From Candidatus Eiseniibacteriota bacterium (lineage in GTDB: Bacteria; Eisenbacteria; RBG-16-71-46): DNA of 64,000 bases. This document shows positions 1 through 9,425 of the stretch, in pieces (the stretch's first letter is position 1; each line of letters opens with the position of its first letter). The stretch is taken from the NCBI GenBank assembly GCA_044223005.1, contig JBGAML010000005.1:128001-192000 (forward strand), written 5' to 3'. The notes beneath the pieces were generated by a model. It saw only the letters and a list, made by a program, of their open reading frames with translations. It had not been told where the DNA came from and searched no databases. The position numbers were made by a program, and so were the translations under genes.

Positions 1-3000
1 AGTGGTTCTCCGATCCCGGCGGTCGCCGCTATGACGTGACGGTGACGAACAGTCGAGTCACTCTTATTCGTGACGTCATCGGCCGCACGTGGCAGTTCGC
101 GTACGACGCCGCGGGCTACCTCTCCACGTTCACCGACGCGAACGGCGGGCAGACGCACTACTCCTACGATGGTCAAGGTCGGCTCACGCAGGTCACGGAC
201 CCGCTGGGGCACCGGGTGTTGCGCTGCACCTACGACGGTCCGGGGCGCGTTAGCACCCAGACCGATGCCCTGGACGGCGTGACAACCTTCGGGTATGACG
301 ACTCGACCCACCGTACGACGATCATGAACCCGGCGGGCGGAGTACTCGTACACCTTCATGATGCGAACTATCGCTTGATAGCCGATGTGAACGAGCGCGG
401 CGACACCACCTCCTACGCCTACGATGCCAACCACAATCGCATTCTCGTCCGTGATGCACTGGGGCACACGACTCGCTACGAGTACGACCCCCGGGGCAAT
501 ACCTCCCGGACGATCGACGCGCTCGGCGACTCGACTCGCACCCTTTTCGACCCGACCAACAGCCCGACGATGCGCGTCGATGCCCTGGGGCACGCGACGA
601 CGTACGTCAATGACGTCCTGGGTCGGCCGACCGAGATCGACGAGCCACTGGGGAAGGTGACGCGCAATACCTACACGACGACGGGCCAGATCGCGCAGCG
701 GACCGACGCCAACAACCATGTCGAGTCCTACACGTACGACGCGGCCGGAAACATGCTGACGTCGACCAACGGCGCTGGAAACGTGGTGACCTTCGGCTAC
801 GACGACGCGGGACGACAGACGACGGTGACCGACGGTCTGGGACACCGCATCACCTACACCTACGACGCAGCCGACAGCGTGACTTCCGAAACGAACCTGT
901 TGGCACAGACAACCTCGTACGAGTTTGACCTCGACGGCCGCCACATCGCGACCGTGGACCCGCGGCTCAACCGGACCGAGTACACATTCGACGCCAGGGA
1001 TCGGCTCGCGCAGGTCAAGGATGCGCTCGGCGACGTAACCGTCCATGGCTACGACGCCCTCGATCGCCGAATCCGCACGGTGGATCCGCGAGGCGGAGTG
1101 AGCGCTTGGGCCTACGATCCCGTCGGGAACCTGCTGCGCGAGCAGGATGCCCTCGGGAATGTCACGACGCACACGTATGACGCCGCCCACAACCGCCTTA
1201 CGACCACGGATGCGCGGTCCAAGACGACGTCATTCACCTACGATCCCCTGGGCCGCCTGACGAGTACCACGAACCCCCTCGGATCCGTGACCCGCAGCAC
1301 GCACGACGCCCTTGGACGGGTGATCAGCACGACCAACGCTCGCGGCTACAGCACGATCTTCGCCTACGACGACCTTGGCCACCTGTCAACCGTGCAGGCG
1401 GCAACGGGCCAGGTCCTTCAATACGGGTACGATCCCGAAGGCAACCTGCTCACCGTGACCAACGCCAGGGGCCACGTGAGCCAGATGTCCTACGACGGAG
1501 CGGACCGGCTCGTGTCGGTGCGCGATCCTATTGGGAACACTCAGTCCTATGCCTTTGACGCCGCCGGCCACCGTAGCCGGAGGACCGATGCACGTGGCCG
1601 CGTTACCCAGTACAGCTATGACGCCGCCGGCCGGCTCAAGCAGGTGGTATACAGCGACAGCACCAAGGTGATCCAGGGCTACGACGACGCCGGCAACGTC
1701 ACCTCAGTCGTGGACTCGTGGGGCACCACAATGCTCTCGTACGATGAGCTCAACCGGCTCTCCACGACCGTGGACCACTACCTGAAGACCGTGTCGTTCG
1801 GATACGACTCAGCGGGCAACCTCGCGGAGGTGATCTACCCGAACGGAGAAAGTTGCACCTACACCTACGATGCGGCCAATCACATGTCGAGTGTGACGGA
1901 CTGGAAGGGCCGCACGATCGGATACAGCTACGACGCCGACGACAACCTCGCCGGGATCACACACCCCAACGGCGTCACGACCGTATTGACCTACGACGAC
2001 GCCAACCAGCTCATTGCGACGTTGGTCCGCACGCCCGGCATGGACACGCTCGTCGCCCTTGCATACACGCTCGACGCCAACGGCAATCGGACGCGTACTG
2101 TGCGCGTGGATCGCAGGCCGGATCCCATGAGATCGGGCGGCGGCGACATCTTCGCCACCAGCGCATCGCTCTCGAGCACCGGGTTCGCGGCGGGGGTGGA
2201 CAGTATCGTGGTCACCTCCGGCGACGACTGGCCGGAAGCGGTGGCGGGGCCATCCCTGGCGCGCCGCCTCGGTGTGCCCACGCTGGTCGTGCCGGGCGAC
2301 AATCTCTGGGCGTCCACCGCCACCCAGGCCGAGCTCAACCGCTTGCACGGGCTACGCCCTGCACTGAGAGCGGTCGTGATGGGAGACGTGGGGGGCGTCT
2401 CCGACGTGGTCGAGGCGCAGCTCCAGCAATCCGGGATCGCGGTGCGCCGCGTGCGGGGTGCGAATCGGCTCGGAACCGCTGCGAAGGCCGCGGGGACCTC
2501 ATCGATCGTCGTGCTGGCTGGAGAGCGGGACTACAGGCGAGCTGGTGCTGCGGCCCTGATAGCCGGGAGGCTCAAGGCACCGCTGCTGCTCGCCGATCGC
2601 GACACCGTCCCTGAGGTCACCGCATCGGCGTGGACCGCCTCTGGGGCCACGCGGGCGGTCCTCGTGGGAGACGAGTCGACGCTCGGCCCGGGCGTCGTCA
2701 CCTGGCTCACGGCACACGGCTGTACTGATTTGAAACGACACGCTTCGGACGATCCGGCAAGCCTCAGCGTGAGTGCGCTCGAGGACTCCGTGGAGGGACT
2801 GGATCGTTTCGCCAAGCTCCAGCTCGTCGACGCGGATGCGTGGCAGGATGCAATCTCCACAGCAGCGAACACAGTGCCGTGGACGACCGCGACACTGTTG
2901 GCGGACCCTGATTCATTGGCCGACAACGCCGATCTGGTGCGCTGGATTGGCCGGCACAGAGGCTGGCTGCAACAGGTGAGCATCCTCGGACCCTCGACGG

Positions 3001-4370
3001 GCGTTAGCGCCGTCGCCGAGGCCGAGTTGCGCACCCTGCTGCGCACGACTGTCACTGAGTACATCTACAATGCGCTCGACGAGTTGACCGCGGAGACAAT
3101 CCCAGGTGTCGAGTCGACCAGCTACACCTACGACGCCCTGGGCAACCGTGCCTCGATCACGCAGCGCGGCGTAACGACCACGTACAACTACGATGGTGCA
3201 GATCGGCTCAGCGCCGCCGGCAGCGTGACCTACACGTACGACGCCAACGGCAATCGCCTCACCCGCAGTTCGGGGACCGCATTCACCAGCTACACGTACG
3301 ACAACGAGAACCGACTCATCCAGGTGGTCGGTCCCGAAGGTACGAGCAAGTACCGCTACGATGGGCTCGGCCGCCGCATTCGCAGCGAGGAGCCCGGCCG
3401 GATCGTGCGCTACGTGGTCGACCCGACGAGTAAGCCCTATCGCACGCTCCGCGAGATGGACGATCGCAGTGCCACCCTGACCAGCTACGTCTTCGGACTT
3501 GGGCTGGCGGCCGACCTAAACCGGTCCGGCACGGCGCGCTACTACCACTTCGACGGTCTGGGTTCGACAGCCGCTCTGACCGACAGCACGGGCACGGACG
3601 CCGGGCATCTGGCGTACACCGCGTTTGGTGACACGGCGATGGACGTCGGCGCGACGACCACGCGGCTTGGGTGGGTGGGGCGCTACGGCGTCGAAGGCAC
3701 GGCATCCGGTCTCGTCTTCATGCGCGATCGCTTCTACGACAGCGAGACGGGGATGTTCGTGAGCCAAGACCCACAGTCCTCCTGGGGCAACGACTATCTT
3801 GCCGGTGCCATGTATCTCTACGCTGACGGCAACCCGACCGACATGACAGACCCCTCCGGAGACTTCACCCTGAACTGGAAGAAGGTGTCATCGTTCGCCG
3901 CCCAGGTCGTCAACGCGCTGAAGCCGGACATTGTCACTCGGGCCGTCGAGACGGTCGGAACCAAGCTCCTGTTGCGTCCCGTCTCATTCGTCGCCAAGGG
4001 CAAGGACGTTAGTTTCATGGCCTCTAGGGTATCCGGAGTCAAGGCGGGAGTCGTGAAAGCTGGCATCAAGAGCGTGGCGCAGCTTGCCGCGGCAGGCGTT
4101 GATGCAAGCTCCGGCTACCGACAAGCTCGGCGCGAGGGCGCCGAGAGCGGAGAGGCTGCATTGCGCGGTACGGGCGCTGCCATGATCGGGGCAATTCCCG
4201 GGCTTTCTATTGCGGGAGATCTTGGGGTGCCGCTTGACTCATGGAACCGACGCGTATCTCACTTTGCGTACACCAATGTGCTCAAGCCGACAGTAGGTGA
4301 CACTTGGGGTGGGTGGCTCTACGCCATCGGCAAGCCCTACTTCGATCGACAGGCTCGAAAGGGGCGCTAG
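1..4370 (+). CDS. RHS/YD-repeat protein (N-terminus probably outside window) with inserted cell-wall-binding repeat 2-like module, RHS-associated core and ~170-aa C-terminal tip
   Basis: ORF 36..4370 begins mid-repeat. Dozens of YDxxGR/GN repeats; core motifs GLVFMRDRFYDSETGMFVSQDP and YLYADGNPTDMTDPSGD (DPxG autocleavage); CWB2-like motifs at ~2130-3050. Confidence 0.92.
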   Translation, partial: WFSDPGGRRYDVTVTNSRVTLIRDVIGRTWQFAYDAAGYLSTFTDANGGQTHYSYDGQGRLTQVTDPLGHRVLRCTYDGPGRVSTQTDALDGVTTFGYDDSTHRTTIMNPAGGVLVHLHDANYRLIADVNERGDTTSYAYDANHNRILVRDALGHTTRYEYDPRGNTSRTIDALGDSTRTLFDPTNSPTMRVDALGHATTYVNDVLGRPTEIDEPLGKVTRNTYTTTGQIAQRTDANNHVESYTYDAAGNMLTSTNGAGNVVTFGYDDAGRQTTVTDGLGHRITYTYDAADSVTSETNLLAQTTSYEFDLDGRHIATVDPRLNRTEYTFDARDRLAQVKDALGDVTVHGYDALDRRIRTVDPRGGVSAWAYDPVGNLLREQDALGNVTTHTYDAAHNRLTTTDARSKTTSFTYDPLGRLTSTTNPLGSVTRSTHDALGRVISTTNARGYSTIFAYDDLGHLSTVQAATGQVLQYGYDPEGNLLTVTNARGHVSQMSYDGADRLVSVRDPIGNTQSYAFDAAGHRSRRTDARGRVTQYSYDAAGRLKQVVYSDSTKVIQGYDDAGNVTSVVDSWGTTMLSYDELNRLSTTVDHYLKTVSFGYDSAGNLAEVIYPNGESCTYTYDAANHMSSVTDWKGRTIGYSYDADDNLAGITHPNGVTTVLTYDDANQLIATLVRTPGMDTLVALAYTLDANGNRTRTVRVDRRPDPMRSGGGDIFATSASLSSTGFAAGVDSIVVTSGDDWPEAVAGPSLARRLGVPTLVVPGDNLWASTATQAELNRLHGLRPALRAVVMGDVGGVSDVVEAQLQQSGIAVRRVRGANRLGTAAKAAGTSSIVVLAGERDYRRAGAAALIAGRLKAPLLLADRDTVPEVTASAWTASGATRAVLVGDESTLGPGVVTWLTAHGCTDLKRHASDDPASLSVSALEDSVEGLDRFAKLQLVDADAWQDAISTAANTVPWTTATLLADPDSLADNADLVRWIGRHRGWLQQVSILGPSTGVSAVAEAELRTLLRTTVTEYIYNALDELTAETIPGVESTSYTYDALGNRASITQRGVTTTYNYDGADRLSAAGSVTYTYDANGNRLTRSSGTAFTSYTYDNENRLIQVVGPEGTSKYRYDGLGRRIRSEEPGRIVRYVVDPTSKPYRTLREMDDRSATLTSYVFGLGLAADLNRSGTARYYHFDGLGSTAALTDSTGTDAGHLAYTAFGDTAMDVGATTTRLGWVGRYGVEGTASGLVFMRDRFYDSETGMFVSQDPQSSWGNDYLAGAMYLYADGNPTDMTDPSGDFTLNWKKVSSFAAQVVNALKPDIVTRAVETVGTKLLLRPVSFVAKGKDVSFMASRVSGVKAGVVKAGIKSVAQLAAAGVDASSGYRQARREGAESGEAALRGTGAAMIGAIPGLSIAGDLGVPLDSWNRRVSHFAYTNVLKPTVGDTWGGWLYAIGKPYFDRQARKGR

Positions 4371-4614
4371 AGTGAGTAGCTCTTCCCGCTCCGCGTTCTA
4401 GAGCAGCACGGGGCCCTGTCCGAAGCGTGGCCGCCTGGCGGCGTGGGACCACACAGCAGCGGTTTCGTAGGCGCGGGACACGCAAACACGAGACTTAGAC
4501 GCGAAGCTCACGAAGTGACATCGCTGCAGCTGATACGCACGCGCCCCAGCGGGTTGGACCTGCTGGGGCGTTGTGGTTTGACGGAGGCTCAAGGAGCACG
4601 CTGGAGCAGTTGAG

Positions 4615-4975
4615 TGGAGTTCCCAGGATTCAGTGGACACCCTGGCGCCGCCTTGTGTGGGCAGCTTCGAACTGCTCGGGGCTGACGCCTCCGAGATGCC
4701 CGTGACGGCGTGACTGATTGTAGAACGCCGCGCTGTAGTCGGCCACCTCGGCCGCAGCCACTTCCCAGTTGCTGTAGATCTGCTTCTTGATCCGCTCCTT
4801 CTTCAGGCTACCAAAGAATGACTCCGTAACCGCGTTGTCCCAGCAGTTGCCCTTGCGACTCATGCTCGGCTCAAGGTGGTTGGAGGGGCAGAAGCGCCGC
4901 CAGGCATCACTGCCGAATTGCGTGCCCTGGTCCGAGTGTATGAGCGTGCCACGGGGACGCCTGCGACGCACCAGC
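4615..4975 (-). pseudogene. IS3-family transposase OrfB C-terminal remnant with right terminal inverted repeat
   Basis: Minus-strand translation LIHSDQGTQF...SMSRKGNCWDNAVTESFFGSLKKE...FYNQSRRH is an IS3 rve/DDE C-terminus. End sequence TGGAGTTCCCAGGATTCAGTGGACAC at 4615-4640 gives the TG...CA terminus. No OrfA or N-terminal part is present. Confidence 0.88.
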
Positions 4976-5109
4976 GGAGCTTCGCCCGTGGCCAGTAGAT
5001 GACAGGAACAGACGTTGAACTGGCACCAAAGCCATCCGCCTCGGCGGTCATCCGTGACGCCCTGACTCGGACCATGAGGACCGGCGTCCGCATGAGGTAG
5101 ATTCCCGCG

Positions 5110-7947
5110 ATGCCACTGTCCTCCGGCACCCGCCTGGGTCCCTACGAAGTCCTCGCCCCGCTCGGCGCGGGAGGCATGGGCGAGGTGTACCGCGCCCACG
5201 ACACGCGATTGGGTCGCGACGTGGCGATCAAGGTGCTGCCGCAGCACCTCTCGGCGAGCCCCGAGGCGCGCGCCCGGTTCGAACGCGAGGCGAAGTCGGT
5301 CTCGCGGCTGAACCACCCTCACATCTGCACGCTCTTCGACGTGGGCCAGCACGACGGCCTCGACTACCTCGTGATGGAGCTGATCGAGGGGGAGACACTG
5401 GCGTCGCGCCTCGAGCGCGGGCCCCTTCCCATCACGACGCTGCTCGCGCACGCCGTCCAGGCCGCGGGCGCACTGGCGGACGCACACCGCGCGGGCCTCG
5501 TCCATCGCGACCTCAAGCCCGCGAACCTGATGCTGGCCGAATCGGGCGTGAAGCTGCTCGACTTCGGCCTCGCCGCGCCGGTGGTCCCACGCCGTCCGGC
5601 GAGCGACTCGAGCCAGCTCGCCACCGTGGCCCAACCGCTCACCACCGCGGGCACGATCGTCGGGACCTTCCAGTACATGGCGCCCGAGCAGTTGGAAGGC
5701 AGGGAAGCGGACGAGCGCAGCGATCTCTGGGCGATGGGCTGCGTGCTCTACGAGATGGCGACCGGCCGGCGGCCGTTCGCCGGGCACGACGCGATCGCGC
5801 TGCTCGGCTCGATGCTGGGAGAGGCCCCCGAGCCCGTGCAACACCTCAACCCCGCGATGCCGCGCGCGCTGGGCGAGATCGTGGCGCGCTGCCTCGAGAA
5901 GGATCCCGCGAAGCGTTTCGCGAACGCGGAGGAGCTGCGGGACGCCCTGGTGGCCCTGCAGGCCTGGGCTCGCGACGAGGGCCTGCCGGCTCTGGCGCGC
6001 ATCTGCGAGCGCATCCTGATGATGGAGGAGGGCGCGGATTCGTGGAACGCGTTCGTCCTGGCGCGCGAGATCGAGAAGTTCGCGCCCGGCGATCCCATGC
6101 TCGAGCGGTTGCGCCCCGAGTTCGCGCTGCCGGTCTCCATCCTCTCGGACCCGCCCGGGGCGCGCGTCTCCGCGCGCTTCTACGGCGACCCCGACGGCGA
6201 GCGCATCGAGTTCGGCCACACACCGATGGAGAACGTGCTCTATCCGCGCGGCGTGACGCGGCTCGAGCTCGAGCTCGACGGCTGCCGCGCCGCCCACGAC
6301 GTCGTGCTCAACTTGTCGCAGGGAGTCACAAACGCGACCGACGCCGGTTCACCGACATGGCACTACGCGCTGCGCCGGCCGGGCGAGGTTCCCGACGAGA
6401 TGGAGGCCGTGCCGGCCGGCGGATTCCCCATGTACATGCCGGGGCTCGATCACCTGGACACCGAGCCGACGGGCGAGTTCCTCCTGGACCGTCACCCGGT
6501 CACGAATCGCGAGTACAAGCGCTTCGTCGACGAAGGCGGCTACAAGCGTCCCGAGTTCTGGCGCGAGCCGTTCGTCGATGGCGACCGTTCACTCACGTGG
6601 GCAGAAGCCATGGCCCGGTGCACCGACGCCGTCGGACAGCCCGGCCCCGCAACGTGGGAGATGGGGGACTTTCCCGCCGGCGGGGAAGACCATCCGGTCG
6701 CCGGCGTGTGCTGGTACGAGGCCGCGGCGTACGCCGAGTGGGCCGGCAAGACATTGCCGACGATCTTCCACTGGAACCGCGTGGCGATGACGTTCTCGAG
6801 CGCGCTGATCGCGCCGCTGGCGAACTTCGCCGGGCGCGGCACCGTCGCCGTCGGCAGCACGCGAAGCGAGAACCGCTTCGGCGTGCACGATCTTGCCGGA
6901 AACGTGCGCGAGTGGGTGCGGAACGCCGTCGGCAGCTCCGGCCAACGATTCATCCTGGGCGGCGGCTGGAACGATCCCGGATACGCGTTCGTGGATGCGT
7001 ACGGACAGCCGGCGTTCGACCGTTCGCCGACCAATGGTTTCCGCTGCATGCGGGCGAGCGCACCGGACCCGAACCACGAGCGGCTCGTGCGGGCGATCGA
7101 TTTCGTCACCCGGGACTTTCGGGCGGAGCCGCCGGTGTCCGACGACGTCTTTGCGTTCTTCCTGCGGCAGTTCCAGTACGACCGCACTCCGCTCGACGCG
7201 AAGATCGTCGCCGACCAGCCGTTCGCGGCCGGCCGCTGGCAGACGATCGACCTGGCGGCGGCTTACGGCGGCGAGCGCATGCAGGCGCACTTGTTCCTGC
7301 CTTCGCGCGGCCGGCCCCCGCACCAGACGGTGGTGCTGTTCCCCGGCTCGCTGGCGCTGCATACGCGCGTCTTCAACCTCGCCGAAATCCAACGCGTCGA
7401 CTGGGTCGTCAAGAGCGGCCGAGCACTGCTGCTCCCGATCTACAAGTCGACGTACGAACGCGGTGACGAACTGAGCTCGGACTACCCGGATCCCAGCGCC
7501 TTCTACCGGGACCATGTGATCATGTGGGCGCGCGACCTCGGCCGGGCGCTCGACTACGCCGAGACGCGTCCCGAACTCGACGCCAACCGCGTCGGCTACT
7601 TCGGCACGAGCTGGGGTGGCATGCTGGGAGCGATCCTCCCAGCGGTCGAAAGGCGTATCCGGGCGAACGTGCTGTACGTCGCCGGCCTGACCTTGCAGCG
7701 CTCGCTGCCCGAGGTCGACCCGGTGCACTACCTGCCGCGCGTCCAGCAACCCACGCTGATGCTCAATGGGGAACTGGACTTCTTCTTCCCGGTCGAGACC
7801 TCGCAGCTGCCGATGTTCGAAATGCTCGGCACGCCCGAGGCGCACAAGCGCCGCATCACGTACCCGCGTGGCCACACCGTGCCCAAGGTGGAGCTGATCA
7901 AGGAAACACTTGCGTGGTTCGAGCGGTACTTGGGGCCGGTGGAGTAG
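5110..7947 (+). CDS. Ser/Thr protein kinase fused to FGE-sulfatase (SUMF1-like) domain and C-terminal alpha/beta hydrolase
   Basis: Kinase motifs LGAGGMGEVY, VAIK, HRDLKPAN, DFG, YMAPE; FGE motifs PVTNREY, HPVAGVCWYEAAAY, HDLAGNVREW, NGFRC; hydrolase GTSWGG nucleophile with D (GELD) and H (RGHT). Confidence 0.9.
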   Translation: MPLSSGTRLGPYEVLAPLGAGGMGEVYRAHDTRLGRDVAIKVLPQHLSASPEARARFEREAKSVSRLNHPHICTLFDVGQHDGLDYLVMELIEGETLASRLERGPLPITTLLAHAVQAAGALADAHRAGLVHRDLKPANLMLAESGVKLLDFGLAAPVVPRRPASDSSQLATVAQPLTTAGTIVGTFQYMAPEQLEGREADERSDLWAMGCVLYEMATGRRPFAGHDAIALLGSMLGEAPEPVQHLNPAMPRALGEIVARCLEKDPAKRFANAEELRDALVALQAWARDEGLPALARICERILMMEEGADSWNAFVLAREIEKFAPGDPMLERLRPEFALPVSILSDPPGARVSARFYGDPDGERIEFGHTPMENVLYPRGVTRLELELDGCRAAHDVVLNLSQGVTNATDAGSPTWHYALRRPGEVPDEMEAVPAGGFPMYMPGLDHLDTEPTGEFLLDRHPVTNREYKRFVDEGGYKRPEFWREPFVDGDRSLTWAEAMARCTDAVGQPGPATWEMGDFPAGGEDHPVAGVCWYEAAAYAEWAGKTLPTIFHWNRVAMTFSSALIAPLANFAGRGTVAVGSTRSENRFGVHDLAGNVREWVRNAVGSSGQRFILGGGWNDPGYAFVDAYGQPAFDRSPTNGFRCMRASAPDPNHERLVRAIDFVTRDFRAEPPVSDDVFAFFLRQFQYDRTPLDAKIVADQPFAAGRWQTIDLAAAYGGERMQAHLFLPSRGRPPHQTVVLFPGSLALHTRVFNLAEIQRVDWVVKSGRALLLPIYKSTYERGDELSSDYPDPSAFYRDHVIMWARDLGRALDYAETRPELDANRVGYFGTSWGGMLGAILPAVERRIRANVLYVAGLTLQRSLPEVDPVHYLPRVQQPTLMLNGELDFFFPVETSQLPMFEMLGTPEAHKRRITYPRGHTVPKVELIKETLAWFERYLGPVE

Positions 7948-7952
7948 GCGCA

Positions 7953-7989
7953 GCGCAACTTGACGAATCATCAAGTCGCGCACTAGAGT
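7953..7989 (+). promoter_or_regulatory. Promoter with overlapping palindromic operator for the TA pair
   Basis: GCGCAACTTGA-N7-TCAAGTCGCGC inverted repeat (1 mismatch) at 7953-7981 overlaps TTGACG (7960-7965), 18 nt before TAGAGT (7984-7989). Confidence 0.6.
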
Positions 7990-7999
7990 GTCTCGTGTC

Positions 8000-8281
8000 A
8001 TGCACGAGCCGCTGGCACCGGAAGCCGCGAAACGGCTGATTCGCGAGATTCTCGAGTCTGGACACTTCGCCTACTCGCGACATGCCAAGGAGGAGTTGCT
8101 CGCCGACGACCTCACCACGGTCGACTGCGAGAACGTGCTGCGCGGCGGAGTTGTCCGAGCGGGAGAACTGGAGCACGGCACGTGGAGGTACCGGGTCGAC
8201 ACAGCTCGGATCACGGTCGTGATCGCATTCCGATCGGAGCGCGAACTGGTGATCGTTACAGCATGGAGGGGCGGTCGCTGA
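8000..8281 (+). CDS. DUF4258-family putative toxin (RelE-like RNase fold)
   Basis: YSRHAKEELLADDLTTVDCENVLRGG...LVIVTAW is typical of DUF4258; directly upstream of an MqsA-like antitoxin. Confidence 0.8.
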   Translation: MHEPLAPEAAKRLIREILESGHFAYSRHAKEELLADDLTTVDCENVLRGGVVRAGELEHGTWRYRVDTARITVVIAFRSERELVIVTAWRGGR

Positions 8282-8313
8282 GGGCCGCTGACAAGCAGGG
8301 TACGGAGGGAGCG

Positions 8314-8799
8314 ATGAAGTGTCTCGAGTGCGGCACCCCGATGAAGTCGCGCAAGGAGAACTACCGCTACGACGAGTGTGGCTTGAAGCACGTCACCCTG
8401 ATCGGCGTCGAGGTGACCCGCTGTCCGAAGTGCGGGAACTTCGAGATCTCGATCCCGCACATCGAAGCGCTCCACCGACTTCTCGCCAAGGTTCTCATCG
8501 AGAAGTCCACGCGCTTCACCGGTGAAGAGATCCGCTTCCTGCGCAAGAGCCTCGGCTGGTCGGGCACCGACTTCGCAAAGCACATGGGAGTCGCCGAGGA
8601 GACCGTCTCGCGATGGGAGAACGACGCAGCTGCGATCGGTCCGCAAGCAGATCGCCTACTGCGCTTCCTGGTGGCGCAAGGACGGCTAACGACCAACTAT
8701 CCGGTCGAACGCCTCGCTCGGATCGACCTGAGGAAGGCTACGGCGACACGCGTGAAGCTAGCGGCCCGCAAGGAACAGTGGACGGTTCAAGCGGCATAG
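8314..8799 (+). CDS. MqsA/YgiT-type zinc-finger + XRE HTH antitoxin
   Basis: MKCLECG...RCPKCG zinc ribbon, then EIRFLRKSLGWSGTDFAKHMGVAEETVSRWEN HTH; GGAGGG RBS before ATG 8314. Confidence 0.88.
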   Translation: MKCLECGTPMKSRKENYRYDECGLKHVTLIGVEVTRCPKCGNFEISIPHIEALHRLLAKVLIEKSTRFTGEEIRFLRKSLGWSGTDFAKHMGVAEETVSRWENDAAAIGPQADRLLRFLVAQGRLTTNYPVERLARIDLRKATATRVKLAARKEQWTVQAA

Positions 8800-8960
8800 C
8801 CGACTCGGGCGTGAGAGGGCTTCGCCATGCTGATCGTCCCCTGTACCGCCAAGCTCGAGACGACGGGCGAGGGTCGACAGCTCGTGAGCCGGCAGCACGA
8901 TGGGCAGTCGCGTATCACTCAAGCCTGGTAGCTGGCACGATCCTCACGAACCCTCGGCCC

Positions 8961-9045
8961 GGTGCCTTGCTTAAGGTGCTGGGATGCACGAGAGTGGCCC
9001 GCCCGTGGCCCTGTAGCTCAGACGGATAGAGCAGCGGTTTCCTAA
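8961..9045 (+). repeat. Left att copy: upstream flank plus 5' half of tRNA-Arg(CCT) ending in the anticodon loop
   Basis: 8978-9045 is identical to 15331-15398 (68 bp), with near identity back to 8961/15314. The tRNA-derived part is 9007-9045. Confidence 0.93.
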
Positions 9046-9113
9046 TCGGGCCGGGCCGAATTCCAACGATTTTCAACCGAGCAGCCAACGGACGTCGCGG
9101 CAACACAATGCGA

Positions 9114-9146
9114 AGCGCCCCAAGGAGAAGGACTCCTTGGGGCGCT
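9114..9146. terminator. Perfect 14-bp hairpin just inside the left att
   Basis: AGCGCCCCAAGGAG-AAGGA-CTCCTTGGGGCGCT; no clear U-tract. Confidence 0.5.
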
Positions 9147-9425
9147 GTGCGTCCATAGACTACATTGGACGCTCGCGGACGTGAGTGGACGCGGAGGCCG
9201 TAGCCACGAGGAGCGTCAAAGCAGCGGTCTCTCACACCGCAGCGCGGGGTTGATTCCACCAAGACACGCGGGATCGTGAAGGGAGCTGCGGTCGCCAGCA
9301 CCGCATGATAGTCCCATTGTGTGGGCGAAACTCGAAAGTCGGCTCGGCGTTGGCTACGGTCTCGGAGTGGGAGGAGCAGAACCGCTGCGTCGCCGGGGAT
9401 GGTAAGTGGCGCATTGGAGGGCGAG

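Noticed and set aside
4630..6297. 555-aa ORF as an intact transposase
   Set aside because: Only the last ~115 codons are IS3-like; the rest is antisense to the kinase gene.
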